Shown here: piece after piece, positions 49,351-64,000 of the stretch | Numbering within the stretch: position 1 is the stretch's first letter | Layout of the letters: every line of letters starts with the position of its first letter | Assembly: GCA_030704615.1 (NCBI GenBank) | Contig: CM060731.1 | Coordinates: 71,982,001-72,046,000 of the forward strand | Reading direction: 5' to 3' | Length of the DNA stretch: 64,000 nt | Origin: Takakia lepidozioides | Lineage: Eukaryota; Plantae; Bryophyta | Translations under genes and position numbers: made by a program | Notes under the pieces: generated by a model | What the model saw: only the letters and a program-made list of their open reading frames with translations | What the model was told of the DNA's origin: nothing | The model's database searches: none

Positions 49351-52300
49351 TTCCCAGATGTAGTGTTCAGCTCCATAACCAGATACAACCACTCGGCTGA
49401 ATTATAATCACACAGAAGTGCTTGAGGACGCGAGAGAGGGAGCCTTCGCTCATGCATATGAGCCTTTTCTGCAGGGGCTATGTGACTTACTACATCATGA
49501 TTTCCAGTATTCGTGTAATTGAATCACGGTGTGGTTTGCAGCAGGTTTATCCATCTTGAAGCGTGCAAAGGGGTGGGTAAGTGCTCAGACCAACAGAGAA
49601 AAGGCAGGGAGAGGACGCGACAAGACCGATGGAGGCACTACCGCCCGAGTTGTTGAAAGAGAGGAGAGAAGGGAGTTGGTGGACGTGAAATACATACGAG
49701 GAAGGCGACTTCTAAGGCACACACAGGTTGGGAGCGGTGTAGTAGAGAAGCCGGAGGGGGTGGACCTCGCTCAACTTCATCTCGTTGAGCAAGTGCTAAT
49801 TACCACCAGACCAGAGCAGCAAACGTGATTGAATGAGATGTGGAGGGTTTCAACCTTTCCTCCCAAACCCGGAACCCTGAAAACAAAGACCAAGTAAGGT
49901 GATGGGATGACAGTACAGTTGTCCATAGACAGCAAAACCAAGTGAGATAAAGAGTTGAAAGGGGTGGGGTCCTGACTCCTGACCCATCAAATGATTTCAT
50001 ATATAATTTCTGAAAGAGATTCCGGTGGACGAAGGGGCTTAAGTGATTGGAAAGGGAGCCATAGGCTGCTTTTGCATTACAAACGCACCATGCATTTGGT
50101 GCAATTGGCAAAGCCTATATCTCCGTGAAGAGAAAGGAATTGGTCTGGAACTGTCACTGCATTTCTATAGACTGAATTTATCAGGGCACCATGGAGAGGA
50201 TATCCAATGGGCACCACAACAACGTGGAGTTTGTAAAATCTTCACTCATGTTCATCTCTGCAAGCCTAATGAGCAATTGAGATGTTTGCTGTGATGTCCG
50301 TGCTCTGTGCACCTGAAGCTACATGGGGAATGGATTGTGGGTATTCTGCGGAGGAGGATCAAAAAGGGGGAGAGAAGAAAGGGAAGGAGCAACTGGAGGA
50401 TTGAAGGGGTGAGATGTGGTTTTAATGAGCGCAAGGTTCAGAGTGTAATTTGATATTGGTTAGAAAAGGGATGGAATGATGGAGGTTAGCCTGGCTAAAG
50501 GTACGCAGCAGAAGCTCCAGGCTCAAGATGACCAGTATGCCAAGCAAGTGCATGATGTTTTCTGCTGAAATGATCTTGCTGTACTGTCCGGAGCATGCCA
50601 CAGTGAATCTCTTCTTGCAGTCCTGCACCAATAGTGAATAAGCTGAAGTCAGCTTACTGTAAGTGGATGATTGTGGATGACATCTCGAGTGACAATCTTG
50701 GTGCTCACAAATGTACCTATATCATTAAATGGGTCATGTTTGCTGAAGACACCCTCGCAAGGTTAACCTCAGTTTTGGCCAAACAATGTTGCTTTTTCAA
50801 TCGAGTCAAGCTGAGAAAATAAGACAACCCACCAAGGTTCATGGTTGTGAATTCCATGCCACAAGGTGGAACATAATGGGTACTTTTGGCAAAATGAATC
50901 CTCAAGTGAACGCAGTGTGCAGAGCGATGATCATTGTATCCAATGAAAGATACTTTTCCCATAGAGCTACTAGTCACTTCACCTCCTAAACCACGTCAAT
51001 ATATCCCAAAAGTGGAACTGCACAGGACGTCCATTAATCTACCACATTCCCTTGTTGATAACATGAGGACTACCTTGAAATTCTTGCTTGAAGTACTCCA
51101 TTTCAATAGTTTCCTTGGGGGTCTCCACTCGTCCAAAAATGATGCGCAAATTGACGATCCCAGCCATATCCTGAGGCTTCTGTAGCCCCATCAGGCAAAA
51201 TCTGCATCACCAACAGAAAAAAATCAGCCAAATTGCAGCTGTAGTACAAAACAATTTAACTCTCATTTGCAGCACATCATGGTTGTACAATCCTCATAAC
51301 AGGCATAGCATATTAGGGAAATAACACAACCAAGTTAAAAGAAAGGAAGTATGCAAATATCGGGGCCTAAAGCAACATATAAAAAGAGCCACTTCCCCTA
51401 CTGAGGGTAGGGTCAATGAAGAAAACTTTAATTCTTCTAAGTATGGTGGCTTTCAAGTTTGTGATGCAAACTGTGAAGCCAGTATCGTTTCAATCACTAC
51501 TGTGTCCAGTGCCTTAATAGTGCTCATTAGGATACCAAAGCTTTGTCAACTTCCCAGTGCTATCAGGAAGTTCTTGGACACTCACACAATACAGGGAAAA
51601 AACATAATATGACTGCAAGCTCCCAAATGATATTAAGCATGGAGCGATTAAAGATAAAAAAAGAAAGAACCAAACCAAAGGTTACGTAGTGTCCATAAGG
51701 GCCCCGACGGCCAGTGGAAAAAAGTAGAACAACAAGAAACCAGCTCAAACCTATGACAGTGGTGGAAATTAAACAGTTGAGCTGAGTTAGAGAGACATTC
51801 TCTCTGTCTCAGGTAACTTTCCTAAGCCAGATTTAACTACCACATTCACATGCATCTCATTCCAGCCCTGACCTGGAATATGTCTTCAATTGTTCATGTC
51901 AAGGCTTAGAACTTGCACTCGTTAGTAGAAGGGGAAGAATATGCTTTAGAGACTGGTTGGTAACTAGAGGGGATAGCTGTCTAGCATGATCAATCATAAA
52001 GCTTGTTTCAACACTTTTGCTTTGGAAATTGCTTCCAAGACAATAGAGGATGCAATTAGCTAATAGGTAGAAGACAATTCTTCAGAAAGAACACTGTAAC
52101 TTTGCGCCATATCTCAAACTGTAGGATATAATTTGATGTTCTCACCTGTCACCTTTGGTTCAATCTCAGGGGAGCAGCAGCTGTTGCACGACTGGCGAAA
52201 ACCAACTCTCAGTGGGATGATATGCCCCTACTCAGCACTGATGATCACAGGCTGCAAAATGTGGCCCTCAACATGGTGACATTTCAGGCAAAAGCAGATA

Positions 52301-52565
52301 AGAAGAAAGAAAGGAGATAGAGAGAAAGGATGTCAGATCTACAGAGAGAAACTTGTGCAGCCACATCTTGAGACCTTCACCACCATGAGTGGGTCTCCAA
52401 TGACCCTCAGGTGACCCTCTCCTTTGGAGAGGCTTGCAATGTGCTCTGTCCTGGCTCATCTTGCTTTTGCCACTTGTGGCATTTGTGAAGATGGATGAGC
52501 AGTCTGCCCCTTCCAAGCCTCGTGTCTGTAAGGAATCCCCACCATCACTCCTGGTGATGAAGGGA

Positions 52566-55500
52566 TTAACTTGCAGGTTTCGCTTGCACTGGCTCATCCC
52601 CCTCAGGCGGAAAGCTACGCACAACATCAATGCAGTTCGTCTCAGCAAAATCCTCACAACGTTCACCCCTCCCTCGATTGCTGCCAAATTCAGCATCATA
52701 TCGAAGAGAAAAAGAAGAGCCTTTCGTGGAAGCCAGACCCTTCAGGCATTTGTGATAGCTGAAATCAGAGACACTCCCATCCTTGCGAACCACAAAGAAG
52801 CAGCGTGATGTGGGATGGTTGGCATGGTGGTCCACCTGCCATGTCCCACATCAGCTGACTCCCTAACAAATTCTACTGAACCCATAATAGCTTGAGGCAG
52901 AAGATGTCTGTTAAAATGATACATCCACATTCATGCATTCTATCTTCTCGGAGGCCAGATGATCCCTGCTTCCAATCCACATGGTGGCTGCTAGGATTTA
53001 GTGGCATTCAAAAACATCTTGTGCACTTCTGTACCAAGTTTAGGGAGCAAAAGGTCACCTAAAATGATTTCACTTAAAAGGATGTCCATGACTCGTTTAC
53101 ACAGGATGCACACTCATCTTATTCCACTCAAATATTCACCGCAGTCATGTTTTCTCTTTAACTAGCATTACAACAAAAACAACACATCCCTCCATACACC
53201 AAAACAAGGAACAACAGTAAAGATCAGAGAAGGAAAGAAACTTTATAACATCCACAAGGAAAGTATGGCAAATAAAGCAGCAGCCCAGCTATGTATCCCC
53301 GCAGTTTGAGGGGATTGGATAAATCACAACAAAGAGGAAAATGACATGGTCTGGAAGACTAGAAGGACAGGGCAGCCCACCTTTATGTAGTGCACACCAC
53401 AACCCCTTTTGGCGGCACTGTCTGGATGATAGCACAAAACCTTGTCCAGGATCAGCCTTTGATGCTCTGCTACAAGCCTTTCCCCTACTTGGTACCTTGC
53501 ATAAGTAATCATTTAAGTCCTTCAGTATGTAATCTTACACTCCAATCTGTCACAATCTTTATGACACGGAACACTACATAAGAGCAATTAAGCTCCATAA
53601 TCTGGCTGCTGACTATTCAACACAATGCACAGATGTTCAAGAGAGGACGGATAAAATGCACACACCTTGAATGCAAAATATGTTGTACAGTGCGAACAAG
53701 GCTCGCCAAACTCTCCCATTCTTCACTTTGTCTTAGATGAACCCGTGAAGGCACAGCATGAGAGGCATCCCTCCTGGGTTTTCTGTTGGAAGAGACATCT
53801 GATAGGTTTACTGACAGCTGCAATTTCTGCTTTGACATCAAGCCTGACAAGGGTTGCAGGAAAGGTGACAGCCTGTGTATTGCTTCTTCAGTCACAGGCT
53901 TTTCACATTCAACTTCACTTTGTGAGCTTCGAATGGAAGGACCAAAATGAGGAGGGGTTGATTGGTCACAAGATGCAGGAGAAGCACGATCGTTTGTAGC
54001 CTGGAACGTTTTCCCCGTCAAACTATTTCCACATGTAGCTCCTGTGGAGCTTTGGACATGAGCTGAGGATAGAGAAGGCCAACCAATAGTCTCTAATTTA
54101 CTCCTCTCGCAAGGAGCTGCTTTGCCTGGATGCTCTGAAAAGCTAGAGCAAGGACTGGAGGAGCCACTGCAAGCTTCTAATGTGGCTGTTGGTGTGTGGA
54201 ATGATGAACAGCTTTCCTCAGGTGTGCCCGGTCTGAGCTCTGGTGCATTGCACACTTGCAACGAGGAACAAGGTTCTTGGAGGATTGTTGTCTCTTCTAC
54301 ACCATGTGGTGGGGATGCAGGGGTGGCACAATTTTGCCGGCCCAGGCGTTCAGAGACCGGAGTTCGTACGTGGCCAACCTTTACGTCCCATCCACTTACC
54401 CTCCTCTTACTGTTCTTCTTTCCAACTTCAGTGACATCATGAGAGTTCATGGTGGTTTTCCTTCTCTTCATGGGTACAGCTGCAGACAATGAACACCTAC
54501 GATCAGCAGCAAACACTTTGGAGCCCAGAGACACATGTGGTGTAGAGCGAACGCCAAGAGCAAGGGACTCGCATGAGGCTGAGCGAAAACCCCTCTCAAT
54601 CAGCATTTCAATTGGGCCAGGTACCAGTCCAGCATCGCATCTGCTTGGGAAAAGCATTTTCACCATCCTATCAGCATCAGCTTCTGAATGGTGGCCCTCT
54701 TCCTCCGAATCCCTGTGATCCAGGACAGGTGAAGACTCGGTAGTCCCGGATGGTGATTGGCACAGCGCGTCACTGACTTCACTGTGGTAGTCCAGATCTG
54801 GCATTGAAGCTGATGATGTACCGGGACATGTATGTGTCACTGGCCTACTGCTCAAACCAGAGAGATAATCATGAAGGTCTACTCCCTTTTGTGATTGCAA
54901 GCAAGAATCGGCGGCGACCTGCAATCAACCAGCCCTTCACCTTTAATAGCTCAGAGACAAGGCTGCAAATTTGAATTAGATTATACAGAAACTGACATGG
55001 AGGGTCCCATCTGCACCAGATGGATCGGCTTACCCGTTCCTGCCAGAGAAGTTTGAAATCTGCTCCAGTTCCAACGAGAGCATTTTTACCCCAAACACAT
55101 GCAGTCATCGCCCCTTTCATACTTTCACATGCACCCTCCTGTGCTGCCTCTACAAACATATTTTTAGAGTCCTGCACATTAACAAAGAAATTTAGACATT
55201 TCGATCCTTCGTCATGCTTTCCACCAAACACACTTGGGTCACTCTTTTCTTTGCTATTGATCACAAAGTGACAACAGGAACCACAGCGATGAAGTTGCCA
55301 GGCATTGGGCAGAGAGCAAACCCGAAATGCAGCCTTTGCAAATGGTGTGGAGATTGAGGTGCTTCGGCAGAATTTCTTATATCCTGCAAAGGTTGACCCG
55401 TTGAACTCTCCAGAGTAAGCCATCCTGTCTGCTATTAGCTTCAGATGCTCCAACTGTATGGGCTTGCCCATGCCATCTGCAGCTAATCTGAGTCTCTGTC

Positions 55501-58500
55501 ATAGGATCAAAGAGGCCTTTTTAGACCAGCATTACATGCAAGGTAACTATGTGAAAAGTGACTGAGACCTACTCTCTCTGTTGCCTTCCATGAATATCAT
55601 AACCACTAGGACGAACAGACAAAGCTGTACCTGTAGGAGAACTTGGTAGGCAGCCTCGACACCCAAGCTTCGGTTGATTTCCTGAATGCTGTAGGGCATG
55701 CACCGCTGCCAGTCCAGTGTCTCCATGATGGGTAGGCATGCCTCTTTCACAATTTCCCATGCCTTGCCCCATGTTCTGCATCCAGCATTTCTGATAGAAA
55801 CCGCAACTACTAGCTCACCCTTCATTGGCTTCCATTGTCGACCAGAGGAACAAATCACGGTGGAACTGGGGTCCCATGCGCTATCTTCCCATGTAATACA
55901 TACAGATTGGATTCTTTCATCGCCTGCTGGGACAGCGAATCTGTCAAGTGCAGAATGACAAGACAGCTTGACTTGGACATTGAGCCCAAACAAAAACAAT
56001 AATGACTAGAGCTGAATCAGTTCGGGTTTCATATGATAGGCGAGAAGAGGGGATGGAACAAGTTAACTGGAAGGCCATCCACAACCAAGAAACTTGTGTT
56101 ACATGATCACAATCAATGGTACCCAACCACATTCTAGCACGGAGGTAAATGAATGCAAGCCCAAAACAAAACTATCAAGAAACTATGTAAACCATCCTTC
56201 AGATGTAGAATATATGACCATCAGGAGCAGGCAGCTGGTGCTTCCTGGGGTCCAAGAACTTAATATTTTCAATAAGGGGCCTCTCAGATCAAGCTGTGAA
56301 ATAGTGATTAGTTGATTAATTGCATCAGATAGACCGGTCTCCTTAAACACACACCTTTGACAGTGGTCTGAAGAATGATTGGGAGCATAATATTTTTCAT
56401 TGACTCCAGCACAGTTGACATGTGCTCCTCGTACTCTTTATCATCATAAGAAGCCACAGAGCTTGGCAAGTCTGAGAAAAAACGGATGCATGGCCCCAGC
56501 TTTTCTACTTCGGTAGAAGGGGGCGTCAAGTGACATTTATCACTGTAGAACCACATAGTAACAAAGGTCAGTTATTCACTGTTTTCTGCTCCCAGCAGTA
56601 ACACCCACCATGCTATGCTTTATGCAAATACTCTCTGATAAGCTTTTCGTGCTACTTGGTGTGGCACATAACACCATTGTAAGGACAGAAATCAACATGC
56701 TTTGATCCAAGTATGAGCAACCGAGGTAATGTGCGAGTGAAGCAGACATGATGAGAGGACAAAAAATGAAGCATAGTTGACCTAGAGGAGAAGATGAGGC
56801 AATGAAAGGCCTCTTTCGCAGAGAATTTTCGCTCAAGTCGATGGAGGATCATCGCTACCGATATTTGCTCTTGTCTCAGTTCCTCCTGCACAAGCAACTA
56901 GCAAATGATGAGCACCCAAAATATTTGTAGTACACAATAACAAATGAGACACTGAAAGCCACCACTTTCTAGAAGGTTGACTCCTGCTGAAGCAAGTGTA
57001 ACTTATGGTGTCACTTCATCCCCAAGGGCTACTGCCTTCCGTTTGGAAGTTGGACACCTTCTAATGGCTGTAACTGGGGCAAACCTCCCCCAAGGACTCC
57101 CGAGGTACCCACATCTTCCGTGTCTGGTTGACCCAGCGACCCCCTTTTTATAGCTGGGTTGGCTATGATGGGTGACATCCAACATACACCTGCTTTCAAC
57201 TGCCCTAACCACTGGGCCATCTGTTGGATGCTGCCACTTTCTATATTTACAGCCAATGTGAAGATTTCTTGCAAATTCTAATCTGCACAGCGGCAGGATT
57301 ACCTCAGAGAGGTGTATATGACCAACCCACGGTGAGCTTCTCTTTGTCATCCCAATGCCCCGCCCTTTGCTCTTGACCTTCTGGTACCTACATGGTAGGC
57401 AAATATGAGTTAGTCATTGCACATTGCTCAAAATTAATATGTTTGAAGTGAAACAGCAAAGTCATTCAGATCGAGAAGACACAGATCAAACCTTCCTAAG
57501 GGAACCTTTCCAGACATCCCGTTCCACTGCCGCAGGGCTGTTTCTGTTGCTTCTACAGCTTTAGAAGTGATAGAGACAAGCTAGCCTTCTAAATAAGGAG
57601 AGCAACATATATGGAATGTAGTAAGCCACCATACTCAATTATAGTGGTCAAGGTAACCCTGTCAAGAGTGACTGCCTTCAAATGCTCTTTTACTTTGATG
57701 GCTCCTCGCTCTTGGCCATTTTGCCTATTGCAGAGTCCAGGAGGTAGTCTCAGGAGGATCCGTCGGTCAACAGACTGCATTGTTGCATGTGACCTGAGGC
57801 TTTCCTGCCAATAAACAAATTGAACCCCAAATAAGAGAGAATATTCTGGCCAGCAAGAAAAGATGCTTCTGCTATTTCCTCCCTCCTATACATACTATAC
57901 TAAAGCACTATGCTGACAGGAAGACCAAAGCTCAGGAACACGCTTGGGGAGCAATACTTCATGGGCCTGCTTAGGTGCATGTTATCACTATCACGCCTAG
58001 ATGTTATCTTACATACTATCACCATTCATACAGATGAAACTCACATCAGCTCAACGACTAGCTACCTTCCCATATTCACATGTAATCAAGACACATAATC
58101 TTGACAGACTGTCAATTGGCATGGAGATCAGCAGAACTTGATGAAGAAAATAACATTCGTACTTTTAAGAGCTGCAGGGGCCCAATTTCCTTGGCCCCAA
58201 TCATATGCGGCGAGTCCAATTTGAGCTGATAGGCTGGCTCAGCTATAGCAGTAGCAGCTAATACCCCAACAGCTTCACCTGCTGGGGCCTGTGGAGTCTC
58301 AGAGCCAACCCTTAAGCCACCATATTGAAACTGGATAATGTGACGTCCTTGTAGGTCACGGATAGTCCCATCATAGCCCACATGCAGGTCTCGCATGAAT
58401 AACAAAAGATTATTCAGTAGAGCATTGGGTTCCTCAACACCTGCACGTTGTATACCATACCGTGAAGCAATTGCATGTATGAAGAACTGTAGAGGGCTCA

Positions 58501-61500
58501 GGCCATCCACGTAAGATTTCGAAATTATTCCTCTTGATTCCCAGTATCCAGATAGAGGCACTCCATGGGCTTCATGCCAGAGTAAGTCAGTAATAGTGCA
58601 ACTTTCCAAATTCCTTAATGGCATTTGACAGTTAAGAAGCTTGTCACCAGAGGCCAGTAACTCCTCCCCCTTGTACAGTTGGAGTCCCAAGCATACAGTT
58701 TGCTGGACCAATTTATTGAAAGACCCTTTACTTCCCGCCTTGATCATCACAAGAAGAGAGTTATCATGGACCCTATAATCTTTAGCCAAGTCCTCAATCC
58801 TTCGACTAAAAATACTGTTAAATCCTGATATGGCCACTTTTTGCAAGGCTTTCACTTGCTTCTGGCTTCTATTATTCCCTAGAAACAGACCCAAGCTTCC
58901 TTGACACACGGTGTCCACTGAAAATCCTCTTCTGCCCATTGGATGACTCCAGAGTTCCTGCTTCTGAACCTGTGGATCTAATATAAGCACTTTTAGTAGT
59001 GCTTCTCGATTGGCTCTAATGAGCTCTTCCTGCATCCTCTTCAGCATCTGTTGTCGAGAGTACACGTCTCTAGCTAACTGAAAATCCAATAGCCCCACAC
59101 TAAAACCATGTGCAAACAGCCACTGATTTGAGAGTGCTTGAGCACAGTTAAGATGATTTAGGGCTGCACTTGGACCTGCAATGTCACTTATAGAGCACAC
59201 AATTCCATCTGTTGAGTTGTCAAGCCAGTCAGATACACCACTACAGACTAAAAGCTCACCATTGCTAACTAGGACACCCTTGTCCGAATGCTTTGGATGT
59301 TTTCGATGTGCCAGTCTGTAATTTATACCCGCCGGTAGCGTCATGCTGAAAAGCTGTGCTCCTGTCCAGAATGGCCCTCGCCCACTTGGTGACTTGACAA
59401 TGGCTGGGATGGGCAATAGCTTGGACAACCACATCCTGTGCTGGCACATTTCAATCTTATCCAAGAAGACGTGTGAACTAGTCATAAGATGCACCCCAAG
59501 CCGACTGTCCTCCGTCAGACTACTGTTGGCTTGCCCACTTTGTGGAGAGATCAGTTGGTCAGGTACATTCATAAGCTCGCGAAGTTCAGCCATGGCCTCA
59601 GCAGATTGAGGAACAAACACATGCATTGCATCCCCATCAAAGTCAGCTTGGAATGGAGCACAAATGAGAGGGTTGATAGCAAACGTTGAGCTTGAGTGCA
59701 TACGCACGCGTAGAGCCATTAACGAATGCTTATGAAGTGAGGGTGGCCTGTTGACAATGACCAAGTCGCCCTCTTTGAGATGACGATGAACCAAGTCACC
59801 AATCTCGAGAGACATCTCTTCAGAAGTGGTTCTGAGCTCAACTTTCATACTTCCTCTGACATACCTGACTGCACCTGTTCTCATAAAATGTGGATGAGGA
59901 CCATTTTTCACGTAGTGCTGCAAACGGTTGTGATTCCTGTGAGTCACTCTCTCAGGAATCGTCAGATGACCCACCATATCCAGAGGAATAGATATTTCTT
60001 CGATCAGAATGGAAGGATCACCAATTATCACACAACGTGCAGATGCATCATTGCGTTTCGCAAGAACAAGACCCTTCATCAGTTTCTCTTCTTTCAGTGG
60101 CCCCTGGTCAGGATTCATTGTTTGCAGGCCTCTCTCCATCTGCAGTCAGAAGAGCATAGATCAAAAGCAGCATTCGTTCCCGTCACTATATTTTCATGTT
60201 TCCTGCTGACAAAAAGTCACCACAAATACTCTACTTAATTAAACAAACCATTGGCCTGCATTTGAAGGGTACATTTCTGTGTTCATGTCTGGCCATACCT
60301 TACAACCCATGAAGTAGCGTGCAACCAAAGATTGGAGCTCCATGACTTCACTCTTAGAAGCTGCAAAGTGTGGCTTGCCAGCCCTCCCACTCTGAATGGC
60401 TCTGATCTTCACTGACAGTGCCTCAAGTCGTTTATGCTGATCATCCTGATTGCATAAAAACCACTGGTTAATTACAAGGATAAGGGATACTGAAGTAGCA
60501 CAAAAGCATCAACCCACCTCCTCAGAACAAGTGGAACCCACTCAATATTTGTAGCTCATAAAGCCTCAGGCCATCTGACGAAGGTGGCCTGCAAGCTTCT
60601 CCTAAGAATTTAAGGTGTGGAATTTGTCCTGCATAGTTCTGAGAGCACTCTCATACTTTGCACAATGGGAAAAAAATGAAGGAAGCGGAGATTTCAAGGG
60701 TGTGAAAAGAAGGGGCTGCTTTCGAATTGAGACACACGTAGCAGTCTGATTAATGCTGTTCCCAAGGGGCTTACGTGAGAAAGATTTCAAAGCAGAATCA
60801 AGCCCACAGGTTGCCACAGACACCTTTAGTCCACTTTGACAAGTCTCCAAAAGTGGCCATACTATTTAAGACTTACCCAGATGTGAACTGGGGCACTCTT
60901 CCTAAGTCTGTACATAAACAATCATCACAGCCTGATCTGACATGTACACTGGGGAAATTTCTAGATGCTGTGAACATACCGATTGGAATTCTTGGAGGGA
61001 GACGAGCTTTGAATCTCTCTCCTTCACACGGAGACAGCTGGGTGGTACAGGCAGACTGCGAAGAATAAGAGCCTCTGGCCGTGCCACCAGCTCATGCATG
61101 CCTAGCCTCCTTATCACTTCTGCCGGAATTCGCTCCAGAATCTTGTAAGCCTTTTAGAAGAATTTTAGAGGTTAGTCTTCTTTCAAAACGTCCACTAGGT
61201 AAAACACTTGATAGTTCTCCCAACAAAAAAAAAAGTCTATGCCCCACTTCATTCCCACCTGTGACATACAAAACAGCACTGACATGGTGTAAGAAGGAAG
61301 ACTCTTGCCGAAGCAAGCGTAACTTATGATCTCACTTCACCCCAAAGGGCTATTGCCTTCCGTTTGGAAGGGGGACATCTTCTATTGGCAGTAACCGCGG
61401 CAACGCGGTTGCCCAACCCTCCCCCAAGGACTCGGAAGTCCCTGGGTACCCACACACAATGTAACCGGTTGACCCAGGTACTCTCCTTTTATGGCTGGGT

Positions 61501-63446
61501 TGGCCATTATGGGTGACATCCAACATACACCTATGTGGCTTTGAACCCATGACCACTTGTAAGGCGGCATTGTGCCCTAACCACTCGGCCATCTGTTGGA
61601 TGCTGACATGGTGTCTATACAGAAAAACAATTGCAAGAGGATTAGAAACACAACCTCAAAGGGAAATAGGAACCTAGTTTCTTTGTGGCCTCCGGGGTGT
61701 CCATCCACGAAATTCCAGTAATCTGATGGAAGTGTGTCATCCTTGATGTCAACTATCATCTCAATTGTCTCAGACCTCTCCTGATCCTCCTTCTTGATCA
61801 ACTTTAGGATCAAACCTGGATAGCGACCATCGGGATCCTTGATATTTGCCTGCCACAACACAAACCCCACTTCTGATTAGGTTTATTGAGCTTGCTTGAC
61901 ATCGACTTTTTACAATGTTCATAAAAGCTCCCAACAGCAAGACATGGACTCAACAAAACCTAAGTAACCAGGTCGCAAACTTTGACCTACAAATATCACC
62001 ACTTACTACAGGAACCAAGAGCTTTTGATCAACTCACTCCACAATATTTGCAGCCATCTTCAAGGTTGTCTGAAGTGTCAGATGTGCCACAGGTGCTTGG
62101 CACAGACGTCATATATTTGGCTGTCTTTGATTTGGCAGCCTGCGCAACAGGTGCCAATCTGTATTAGAGATGGAATTCTTGCAGTTGCCCGCCCCATGCA
62201 GCTTTTATTCTCTTCATACACATGAATCAATGACTTTCTGCTTCAGCTCTTCAAATACAGTAGGCAGCATACCTTTTGGTGTTTCGCATCAGGGGTAAGT
62301 TTATCAGCAGATTTCACTTTCAGCCGAGACCTCCTCTTTAGCCTCGAAAACATCAGAGGAGTGTCCTCGTCAGAAGATATATCAATGACAGCTGTGACAT
62401 GGGTTTTGCGTTCTATTCTTTTGACTTGATGGTTGTTTTGATGAAGATTCTCAGCTTGTTCATGTGTGCTGCCACTCTTTACTCGATCCGTTCCTTTGAT
62501 GATTGGCACATATCCCTCATCCAAATCAAGTAGACACTTGGGCCCCTACAGTTTAACCACATTCCTTGTTAATCACGACTGCATGAGAAAATGCTGTTGA
62601 GTGTTTTAGATTGTGCACAGATTCTTAGTGTTAACTGCATGGATCCATTACTCTCACACTTCAGCAATTAAAAAACAAGTCAGCCTCCTTTGATATGACA
62701 GACGATGCAGTCCAAGATGCTTCCTGCCTCCATAAAGTTCTATTACTCAAATCTCAGCACGGAGTGCGGTACAACAAAAGCAACATTTCAAATGTCCTAT
62801 GTCTTTTAGCTGATATAGCCAACAGTACCATTGCCCTTCTAGTTGTTTTTGAGAATAAAGAGGGACTCCATTGTGTTTTTAAGGGTAAAGGGCAACAGAA
62901 TGAAGGGAAGACAAGCACCTTCTTCTCCTTGTATCTGTAGCATGCAACACATATTTGTGACAGAATCTTATGTACAAGGCGTACATGAAGTGGGTGATAT
63001 ACTGGCATCGGAAGAGTTATGTGTCCAAAATGTCCTGGGTCAGCAATGCAATAGTGTGAGAGGAAATGCAAGCTGGGTAACCCGGTACAGCAGAGGAAAA
63101 ATATGAGTACATCAGCACACCTTGAGCTTCTCTAAATTAAATTTGTCAGGTGGCCAATGTGTGAAGAAGAAAGCATATGCTGGGCATGTCAACATCAAGT
63201 ATATAAAAGTCAGATTATTCAATCAAAGTCTCAATTGAAGACTTGGGATGTGCAGACAAACTGAACAAGCAATAGAAGACAGTCAACTATTAGACCTGCA
63301 TACCTTCACAGTTGCCAGGCTTCCCAGCACTGCAAGTGCCACACCGAGCCACATTGCCTAGTACTGCATGCAACCCAAGCCGAGGATCCCAGAGATCCTT
63401 TCTTCTTTCTATAGACTGGCTCCTCTCAAACACCGACACCTTCAGC
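52566..63446 (-). CDS. NRPD1: DNA-directed RNA polymerase IV largest subunit (multi-exon; start not resolved, probably ~63.6-63.9 kb)
   Basis: DPRLG..CGTC..CEGHFGHI; YPGLIL and LPSDYW; NRPPSLH; CAPFQADFDGDAMH; KAGSKG..KLVQQ..CLGLQ; HLKLIADRM; C-terminal DeCL domain (YHPD..KRGCG, SRCFFVVRKDG..DFSYHKC). Confidence 0.88.
57010..57235 (-). mobile_element. tRNA-derived SINE (family B), intronic
   Basis: Homologous to 61330-61606; head CAGCATCCAACAGATGGCCCAGTGGTTAGG. Confidence 0.7.
61330..61606 (-). mobile_element. tRNA-derived SINE (family B), intronic
   Basis: A box TGGCCGAGTGG and B box GGTTCAAAGCC on the minus strand. Confidence 0.72.
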
Positions 63447-64000
63447 TGCAGCAAAGTAGCAATGTACAGGGCATCAACAGCTGTCCACATCTTCCACTTT
63501 TTGTGGCTGGCTTGAGGCAACATTATCAACAAACCCCCCCAACCCCCACACAGTCTCTTTCCTTTAAAAGTGTTTCAAGTGGCCAAAAAAGAGTTGACAC
63601 CCAACACATTCCCAGGTTTCATCCACTAGTAGCATCGATTGAGAAGATGATCCATTCAACATGAGCGAAAAACTTGGCAGCTCTCCGAACCAGAGCCTTT
63701 GATTTCAGACATCCTACAAAACAATCCGGAATACTCTTACTTGCGGAAAATTCGTCACAGCACAGCATATAGACGACACGGATGAGCTTTCAGCCCTGTA
63801 GAACATTCACACCCCTCACCTTGAAAGCATCGTAAACGAAACAGGACAAGTTTGGCTGCTTACAATGTCCTCGTTGGTCATTAGCCCAAACTGAATTCCA
63901 GTCAAATCCGCCAGTGGTGGCTCTCCAGCCCCCGGCTCCGAAAGCTCCATGAGCCCGAAAACTCACCAACGTACCCAATTCAATACGCCACACTACCCAA

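Noticed and set aside
52566-63446. Functional link between NRPD1 and the DNMT-bearing element
   Set aside because: 14 kb apart and outside the TSD; proximity is most likely coincidental

Overview
Land-plant nuclear DNA, probably from a non-seed plant (inferred from the gene and TE content). Host genes: a U6 snRNA with full USE/TATA promoter, an intact PLS-class PPR-DYW editing factor, a TANGLED-like gene and a multi-exon NRPD1-like (Pol IV largest subunit) gene. These sit among LINE, SINE, piggyBac and SWIM/MULE remnants and scrambled gene fragments. The highlight is an 11.5-kb Ty3/Gypsy-type element (26686-38211, minus strand, TG...CA ends, 4-bp CCAG target-site duplication). Its polyprotein carries a complete DNMT3-like cytosine methyltransferase between protease and RT, and a PHD finger at the integrase C-terminus. 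It has no visible LTR pair; its ends are short split direct repeats (B...ORFs...A-B-A) like those of tyrosine-recombinase retroelements. It also carries an intact unknown ORF and antisense fragments of PsaG, RPL18a and OEP16. All calls were made by eye, without database searches.
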